From: Octopus bimaculoides
Taxonomy: Eukaryota
Direction: 5' to 3'
DNA length: 64,000 bases
NCBI RefSeq assembly: GCF_001194135.2
Contig: NC_068994.1
Location: 2,905,482 to 2,969,481 of the forward strand
The translations under genes and the position numbers were made by a program. Each line of letters starts with the position of its first letter. Positions within the stretch are counted from its first letter, which is position 1. Positions 55,995-64,000 of this stretch are shown here, piece by piece. The notes under the pieces are model-generated. The model did not search any database, had not been told where the DNA came from, and saw only the letters and a list, made by a program, of their open reading frames with translations.

Positions 55995-56300
55995 GTGCAG
56001 GCATAGCTGTGTGGTTGGAAGTTTTCTTCCCAACCATGTGGCTCCAGGTTCACTCCCAATATGTGGCACCGTGAGTAAATGTCTTCTGCTATAGCCTTGG
56101 GCTGACAAAAGCCTTGTTAGTGGATTTGGTAGCTGGAAACTGAAAGAAGCCAGCCGTGTGTTTGTATCTATGTTTGTTTCCCACCACCTCTTGACAACCG
56201 GTGTTGGTGTATTTACATTCCATATTTCAGCAAAAGAGACTAATAGATTAAGTACTAGGCTTAAAAAAGAAGACAATAAGTACTGGGGTTAGTTAGTTCA
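55995..56300 (+). mobile_element. tRNA-derived SINE immediately upstream of the surviving part of pseudogene D
   Basis: ggtgcaggcatagctgtgtggttgg head, ggttcactccc B-box-like motif, body shared with 53327. Confidence 0.7.
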
Positions 56301-56419
56301 ATTATTTTAAAATTCTATCTCCAAGCTAGGTTTTCTAGAGAATTTTTTGTAACTGCTTTATTAATGTTACATTTCTTCAGATTATAGTGTCTGTCACAAT
56401 TCACTGATCATTATTCTGT

Positions 56420-57872
56420 TTACTTTTTTAGCTTGTGGTACAATAATTAATAATGATATTGGACACAATGGAGATGTTACATTCTCTTATTAAAAGACAC
56501 CTTGACAAAGAAACATCTGTTGTATATCATGACATGGAATCATCTCCATTGAAGACTAAGAAACAGTTTTCTGTCAAAGTAACTGATGTCAACGATGTAG
56601 AACCACATTTTACCAAAGAGACATTCCAATTCCTCACCTATGAAAACCAGAAAGTTGACTTCCCTATTGGCTTCATCAATGCTACAGACCCTGATCTTGG
56701 AGATGGAGGCCAACTTACATATTCCATCATCAATGATAACAACAATGATAACATTCCTTTCCAACTGACAAAATATGGATTTATTTCTACATCACAATCA
56801 ATAGATCGAGAAATGAAAGACATCTATAAGTTCAAGGTCTTAGTGAAAGATAATGGAACACCTTCTCTCAATGACACTGCCAATATTGTTATTGAGATTC
56901 TAGATAAAAACGATAATGCTCCCTATTTCATCTTTCCTAATAATGACCCTTACAATCTAGATGTCCACTACCATCCACACAGTAAGAAGGACATCACAAT
57001 TCTGAAAGCATCTGACAAAGACACTGGAAACAATGCTTTCCTCACATATGGAATACTGAAATCCATCATCATCATCATTTCATGTCTGTTTTCCATGCTG
57101 GCATGGGTTGCACAGTTTGACAGGAGCTGTCCAGACTCCATTTGTCTGTTTTGGCAAGATTTCTACAGCTGGATGTCCTACTTAGTACCAGCCACTTTAC
57201 AGAGTGTGCTGGGTGTTGCACTTACACGCTGATGTGCTATCTTTCGCGGACAATTTACCAAAATGTTTCAGAAACATATGAGCTGACCTTAACAAGTGAT
57301 GTAATAGCATTACTAGCACAATAGAACATGGTATTGACTTATAACACCATTTACTCTACTTTGTAATATATTATGGTTGCATAACAAAATACCATGTTCT
57401 TAAAGTCATTAATATTAGCTGGAGTTTATAGTGGTACTCCAGTTCAATCAGCAACAGCTGCTATCATACTAACATTGTTTGTTAGTAATGATACATCTCC
57501 AATGTTGACTGCTGTCCCATTCCAGTCTGGTAACAACCTGAATATGACTTGGATAATTATCATTGTAGCAGCAGCTGTAATACTATCTGTGGCTATTGTA
57601 GTGTCCATAACACTGTGTATTTTTAGATGTATTAATCACAAAATAACTCACCTACAACAACAGATAATCCAAACTTTCTCTCTCAGACTGAGATGAGACA
57701 ATTACTGTATCAGACTAACAATCCTGTTGCAATAACGAGAAATGCAGAAGAGATATTTAACCGAAATCTTCAGACAATAAAATCTAAAAGTCAGTTTTTT
57801 CTGGAGATGGAACAGACACCAGATGAGTGGAAATTCTCCACAACACAAAGGAGACTTCCACCTGTGCCTCAG
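56420..57872 (+). pseudogene. Protocadherin D pseudogene: decayed EC4, near-pristine EC5 to mid-EC6, insertions, TM, frameshifted tail; EC1-EC3 not found
   Basis: 56420-56530 is degenerate EC4 (FLACGTIINNDIGHNG). 56540-57064 is almost identical to paralogs. RTE-tail insertion at 57065-57217, degenerate EC6 at 57218-57285, unrelated insert to ~57428, 1-nt frameshift near 57641. Ends RRLPPVPQ with a CAG|gtaaat donor. Confidence 0.85.
57065..57217 (-). mobile_element. (CAT)n-tailed RTE 3'-end copy inserted into the Pcdh D coding exon
   Basis: catcatcatcatttcatgtctgttttccatgctggcatgggtt matches the 5470 and 12000 copies and interrupts EC6 after YGILKS. Confidence 0.8.
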
Positions 57873-58215
57873 GTAAATATTATTTTATGTCACTGATATC
57901 CTTTTGATTTTAAATGCAAAAGTATTTTATTGATTATTCACATATGTTCAAACATTTCTATAAAATATCAACTTCAGAAACTCATGTGTATGAGCTGTTT
58001 TATTCCTTTGCTTAAAATTTATAGTCTATCTGCGACTTTCTGAATTAACTATTCTTTTTTGTTTAGTGATAGTTAAACAGTTACAATGCTCATTATAGAA
58101 ATATAATACTCTTTATATAAAGACTGTTTTATTAGGTGTGATCTAGACTTGTATTGATATAATTTTTTATCTTTTCTATAATCAACTGAAATATGATTTT
58201 ATCCATAGTTGAGAA

Positions 58216-58336
58216 GGTCACATCAGTTCCAGCATGTCTAACTACAACAGTGACTCCTTAACATCCCAAAAGGACAGAGAAGCTAGCAAGAGTAATGGCA
58301 AGACTAAACCATATGATGAGATACCTGCAGAACCAG
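58216..58336 (+). pseudogene. Exon-2-like segment of Pcdh D
   Basis: Open frame GHISSSMSNYNSDSL...EIPAEP ending at a phase-1 CCAG|gtaac donor in the expected position. No in-frame acceptor found. Confidence 0.45.
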
Positions 58337-58500
58337 GTAACTTTTATTGAAACATAACATATAAATGTAATTACCTTTATTACTGTAGGACAATATATAA
58401 TGTTATGCTTAGTGTAATATAAGATCAATGTTTCTATCTTTATATCTTGGAATTGTTATATTGAAATGTAATTTGTGTTTGTATATTTGATATTTTGCAG

Positions 58501-58580
58501 AATATACCAATGACAATCCAGTTGCAGCCACAATACTAAAGGGACAACAAATACAAGATACCTATCTACAGCCAACATAG
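58501..58580 (+). pseudogene. Exon 3 of Pcdh D
   Basis: ttttgcAG acceptor, 80 nt. Reads (E)YTNDNPVAATILKGQQIQDTYLQPT*. Confidence 0.75.
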
Positions 58581-59689
58581 TAGATGTTCCATGACTATTG
58601 TTAAATGATTCTCTCACACACCAAATCTTATACAATACTTTATATTCATATAAAAATATCAACTCTTTGTTTCTTTCACACATCACACATAAATGGCCTT
58701 ACATTGGTTTTTGTTATGACCCCTGATTTACATCTCTGATACCTCAAATACTAGAAATGCCCTTATCTATATTATCATTGATGACAGTATATTGGGCTCA
58801 TTGAATGTTATATTTAATTTTCTAAGCTCCAGTTTTAGTGTGATTCTAATTTCTATATTTACATCTACCATTTGTAGCATAAAACAACATAAAAGTTTTG
58901 CTATTATATCATTTAACTAATGATATTAATCTGGAGGTTCTGCAGAATGTTGTCATATTTTGTAGTATCCACAGCATCTGAGAGAAGAGTAATAATAAAT
59001 TTAGCATAATATGAAGTAAAGTGAAATATTACATGAAAAATGTTTACATCTAGTGTTGAATTTCGATTGAGTAAATCTTATGAATACTCCCCAAATTAAA
59101 TACATTCCAACACTAAAGATTTCTAATTTGTCCATTCACTTAAAATGTGGCTATACGAATATTTCATAGAAATAATAAAATACAGTTTTTATGCAGCAAA
59201 AGCCATTATGAATAATTTACATTTACTGTTGTTGCCTAATAGCTGTTGTTTAGATTTCTTTTTGCCACGTTTGTATCAACAATGTCTATTTCTTTAACTA
59301 ACATTGAATTTTTTATTGTTACAAGAATCTTTTTATTGCTAGGATATACTACAATCAGTTTAATATTAAAAAATACTTAATAACAGAACTAAATAGGATA
59401 CTCCTCGATTAATCACACTATCTATAAAATATATGAAAGATAATTACACATAATTCATCAAACAGCTTCTGTTTAACATGAATTCTCTTGTTTGATGTGT
59501 TTTGTGTGACACAGACAACATTGCAGTAATTTCCTATTGGATGAGAGAGATTTTCTAGATTTCTTTCAATATTGAAAGTGAGGCTGATAGCTTTTTTCTT
59601 TGTTCATCATACACACAATTGTGTGTGTGTGTGTGGAGGACATAGAGTTGTAACTAGCACACACCAGCATCTGGCTAACATCTCACCTC

Positions 59690-59912
59690 CCACTACATAC
59701 AGCAACTGTCACACTATTATATCAGCAGTTACACAGGAACACTACCACCACCACTACAACAACAGCAGCAGCAGTAACATAGGAACACTACTATAACAGC
59801 AGCAGTACCACTATAATACCACTTCAGCAGCAGCAGCAGTTAGAGTGGAACACTACAGCAGGATACACATCATCCATCACACACAACTACAGTGAAGGAT
59901 TAAACAATGCAG
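59690..59912 (+). promoter_or_regulatory. Leader exon L7 of the next array unit (its large exon is not in the window)
   Basis: cacctcccact, agcagttacac, ggatacacat and ggattaaacaATGCAG|gtaagt donor (GT 59913). Confidence 0.6.
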
Positions 59913-61629
59913 GTAAGTCTCTCTCTTTATTATCTTTTTATATTTTCATTTCCATTATAATATTTATATTGTATGTGTTTCTAATGTAAGACAGTGTAAC
60001 ACTACAATGTAAAATGTTCACCATGTTGTGTGTGTGTATATACACACAGGGACTTGGACAGTAGAGGATAGAGAGATCAAGCCATCACTTCCGCCATTAA
60101 TAACAGCAACATTGGTGGTAGTAGTGGTAGTAGTGGTGGTGGTGGTGGTAGTATTAGTAGTAGTAGTTTGTCCCCTTATTTTTAAAACACATATATACAC
60201 ACCTTTATTTGTAAAAACCATACGAATCTGTCCACAATCAGAGAATTTACCTTCAATTAATTCCATACTGTCTTCTAAATATTCTTTTAAACATTTTCGT
60301 AAATAGTATTGGTGTAATATAGTTTAAATAGGAGACATGTGTTTCATTACATGTCATAAAACATATATTGATCTGCCAATAATATAGAGTTGAGTTTTAT
60401 GAATTCGTTTCTCTGTGTTTGGATTATAACATTTCTTTAATAAATATAATCTCTCTTAAAAAGGTTTACATGATTAGATATTTACAATAATAATAAGAAT
60501 ACGAAGCATCTTATTTTACCAGATTTAATTATGAAAGAAACATTGTGTGGAGATTTACATCCAAGATGGTGGAAGACAGTGGATGATAGAAATTAACCTG
60601 GAAATAACAATTTGAAATAGAATTAAGATGAATGTTTAATGTCACATTTTCTGTGCTATATTTTTATCTCATAAGAATTTTGGCTGACTTTCTGCTGTAT
60701 ATTGGTTTGCAAGAACCGTTTCTTTTCCTATTAATTGTTGAACCTTTCAGTATTTATTTTTTATTGGAACTACTATTTGTTTTTTGCTAATCTGTTGTAA
60801 AATAAAAGTTTCTTGTAGTTCAGTTCACTTCCTTCATTTGAAACTGTCTCCTTTAATTTGTAAGCATTCTAATATTTATTTTAACTCTACAAGTCTTAAT
60901 TTCATTTAAAGAAAGCAATTAAAGATTTGATTGATATTACGGTCAGAATGTAGGCCAAGATAATCCAAAGACCTCATGTGCAGCAACGAAACAATGCTTA
61001 CATTGTAATATATTTCACTTCAGTGGCCTTCATGTCCTTCCTTACAAACAGAAAGACAAACTAAAATTTCAAAACAAAATACAAGGAAAATTGTAAAATT
61101 ATTGATAGATTAATATGTGAATTGTTCATTGATTATTACTGGAGTTCAATTTTAATGCATTTTTGATAGATTATTGTATGTAGCTGACGTTTCATTAACT
61201 AGTCTCTCATATCTTTAATTATATATCTTCTAGTCTCTACTAGAAATCCTCCTCTGCAATACCTATTTATTTTGAATACATGTCTACATGTCCATAATTT
61301 CACTATTTATGCACATGCATTGCTATTTAAAACTCTTGAATTTAAAATCTCTAACAAACATCATACTTCCACCAGAAACTCACATTAACATCAACATTAT
61401 TGTTACATGTTTAATGTTCCATTATATTGTATTAAATACTTTTCATTTTGTATATGTAGTAATCACTAATTGTTCAGTGCCAACATACAGATGCAAATAT
61501 TGCAGTAAGAATGGTAGAAAGCCTGTGTTATTGCAACTACTTGGCTGTTTAGAAATTAGATTTCATTTTCCTTTATTATTTATACAATCCTTTTCTCTTT
61601 TTAATATTGTCTCTGATATTCGTCTGTCT

Positions 61630-61782
61630 TTACGTTCTGAGTTCAAATTCTGCCGAGGTCGACTTTGCCTCCCATCCTTTTGGGGTCAATAAATTAAGTA
61701 CCAGTTGCGTACTGGGGTTGATCTAATCAACTGGCCCCCTCCCCCAAGATTTCGGGCCTTGTGCCTAGAGTAGAAAAGAATA
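61630..61782 (+). mobile_element. tRNA-derived SINE fragment (family of 10975)
   Basis: gagttcaaattctgccgaggtcgactttgcc...gggccttgtgcctagagtagaaaagaatat, nearly identical to 10975-11110. Confidence 0.7.
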
Positions 61783-61921
61783 TTGTCTCTGATATTAGTG
61801 TTGCTATTTTGTATTCTTATGTTAGTTTCAGCCATCATTTCTATCAAACCTTTATCTCACAGGACATAGAGTCACAACATAAACATCACTATATTTTAGA
61901 CCAGGGTAAACATAACGGTAG

Positions 61922-61969
<48 letters not shown>

Positions 61970-62427
61970 TTATATCATCCTCATTTTTGTCAGCCTTCCA
62001 TTGCTGGCATGGTTTGGATGACTTGTCACAGACTGAGTCAAATCCTGTTTCAGATAAGGGACCATTCCTCTTGTCTCACTCATGCATTCCATTTCTGGCA
62101 TGTTTTATATGGTTGAATGTCCTTTCTATTGCCAACCAATATTTTGGGTGCATTTTATCATGGCATCAGTGCTAGAGACATTGTCTTGTCACCAAGGATA
62201 CCTCCAGTGNNNNNNNNNNTGGCATCAGTGCTAGAGACATTGTCTTGTCACCAAGGATACCTCCAGTGTTCCCAAGGTGTGTGCAGCATTGTCCTTTAAG
62301 GATGTAGACCACTGATTGTGCTTTTCTGTTGTGTAGAATATGTGCTGCCTGAATTGTATAATTTTGTTGGGTGGTGATTGTGTTTCTTGTGTTGAGTAAT
62401 TCACTGTCAGACAGTAACTGTGTTGTG

Positions 62428-62464
<37 letters not shown>

Positions 62465-62599
62465 TCGTTTGTATGGCAGTAATAAGTTTCAGTTGTGTAG
62501 AGTGAGTTGTTGGTGTTATACAATTGTATGTCCTAGGTATAGTATGTAGAGAGAGTTGTAATCCAAACTGTGTTCTCTTGAAACATGTTGTGCATTCCA

Positions 62600-63300
62600 G
62601 TATGTCAGACTTGTATGTGGATCCTATATTTGTGTGAGGTATGCATAAGAGTTGAAAATACTGAGAAATATTTTCGCAGAGTAATTACATATCAAAACAG
62701 AAGATTGGAAACTAACATTTTTACTTCTTCTTAATCTCCTGTTTTGATATAGCATACATAGTATGTACATAAAGTGCTCCTGGAGGCATGAAGATAGTTT
62801 CAGTCTGTTACTGTAAGAATGGGAACACATGTCTTCAGTCCTGCAGTGTGCTTCAACTTCCATGATTTTACCACAAACCTGAAAGTAAACATTGAATATT
62901 TGTACAACATATCAGCCAAGAAGAGCTCCGTTGACATGCACATATTCATTCTGGTAGAAACTAAATTTAAGGGAAGAATGAAATAATTTTTCATTGTTTT
63001 ATGAACTTTCCCACCTTGTTTTGTTTGGCAAAATATTTACTTTTGGTTATTTCAAAATCTTTATCTTCAACTGTTTATTTTTGAGTGCCATATATCTTTA
63101 TTGTAGTATTAGTTGTACAAGTTGTTCTATCAGTACTTCCATGTCAATAAAAGCCCATAGTTTTCCAACATTACATTGTTGATTTTCAGTTATATAGGAG
63201 TGTGTTTAATTTCATTGAGTATTGATGGTGTTTAATGTTACATTGTGTTATTTGGTGTTGATTCTATAGACTATGAATCTGTGTTATTATATTTTGTGCT
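62600..63300 (-). mobile_element. Degenerate Penelope-like element, GIY-YIG C-terminal region
   Basis: Minus-strand peptides MSTELF...FRFVVKSWK and SCLQEHFMYILC..NRR resemble the PLE endonuclease tail (STELSKYIW..., C.LCL.EK..IL). Recognised by eye. Confidence 0.4.
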
Positions 63301-63559
63301 TATTGTATTGTATATGTGCTGGTGCACTGTATGAGTTGTGCTATTGGATTCAAAGTATTTGTGTAGGATGTGGACTGTGCTACACAAAGTTACCTTGTGA
63401 ACTGTGTGTAATGTTGTAAGCACTGGTGTGGCTTGTATATTTTTGTTCATTTTTAACAAACCTAGTATTTTAATTATCATCGGTACTGTTTAATTATCAT
63501 CAGTACTGTTTCAGCATGTCCCTTTATGCTAGAGAGACCCCCCAGTAGAGGGAACCTGT

Positions 63560-64000
63560 GGAAGAGGTAAGTAAACCCAGGAAGTCCTGGGATGAGGTAG
63601 TGAAGCACAGCCTTTGAATGTTAGGACTCACGGAGACAATGACGAGTGACTGAGACCTTTTGAGATATGTTGTGCTTAAGAAGACTTGGCAACCCAAGTG
63701 AGACCATAACGTGGCCTATGCCTGTGAAGCATAATCAGCCCATTTAAGAGTACCCTTCAATTACTGGTCAATAAACGGTGCTTGTGAAGACCTGTTGAGT
63801 CAAGTGAAGTCGTTGTCGTACCCGATGCCAGTACCACCTGACTGGCGCCCATGTTGGTGGCACGTAAAAAGTACCATTCGAGCGCGTTCGATGCCAGTGC
63901 TGCCTAACTGGTTCTGTGCTGGTGGTATGCAAAAAGCACCATTCGAGCATGTTTGTTGCCAGTGCTGCCAGACTGGCTCTCGTGCCGGTGGCACATAAAA
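63560..64000 (+). mobile_element. RTE LINE 3' fragment, running off the window end
   Basis: gagggaacctgtggaagagg...cccaggaag..ctgggatgaggtagtgaagcac mirrors 12630-12700; the 3' UTR repeats match 12200-12600 reversed. Confidence 0.75.

Noticed and set aside
62161-62268. 49-bp direct repeat
   Set aside because: The two copies flank a 10-N gap exactly, the classic overlapping-contig artefact.
1-64000. Vertebrate-type shared constant exons or a CRISPR-like array
   Set aside because: Every large exon is followed by its own exon 2 and 3, and no repeat-spacer array is present.

Overview
AT-rich eukaryotic genomic DNA, most likely from a coleoid cephalopod such as Octopus (inferred from gene family, repeats and microsatellites). 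The window covers part of a head-to-tail, all-plus-strand protocadherin (Pcdh) array. The repeating unit is: short non-coding leader exon, one ~2.4 kb exon (signal peptide, 6 EC repeats, TM, proximal tail), a ~160-nt exon 2, and an 80-92-nt exon 3 ending in a TYL(E/Q)P motif. It holds the last exon of an upstream gene (1196-1275), three apparently intact genes (A 6571-10580, B 18262-22837, C 36423-43509), a hollow unit lacking the ectodomain exon (11.7-14.2 kb), a mosaic pseudogene D (56.4-58.6 kb) and the leader of a further gene (~59.9 kb). Each gene has private tail exons, so there is no shared constant exon. Main hunt results: a conserved leader/promoter signature with an out-of-frame uATG at the splice donor; an EC5-to-mid-EC6 block homogenised at DNA level across all four paralogs; a Src-type SH3 ligand paired with a terminal YLEP motif; a degenerate Ca2+ junction at EC3-EC4; and a tRNA-headed SINE-like repeat carrying a minimal hammerhead-ribozyme core, arranged head-to-head. 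Introns and spacers contain RTE LINE fragments, tRNA-derived SINEs, a Chapaev3-like DNA transposon with a nested LTR-like insert, Penelope-like remnants, microsatellites and three 10-N assembly gaps. Exon boundaries were read by eye from paralog comparison and are not validated by transcripts.
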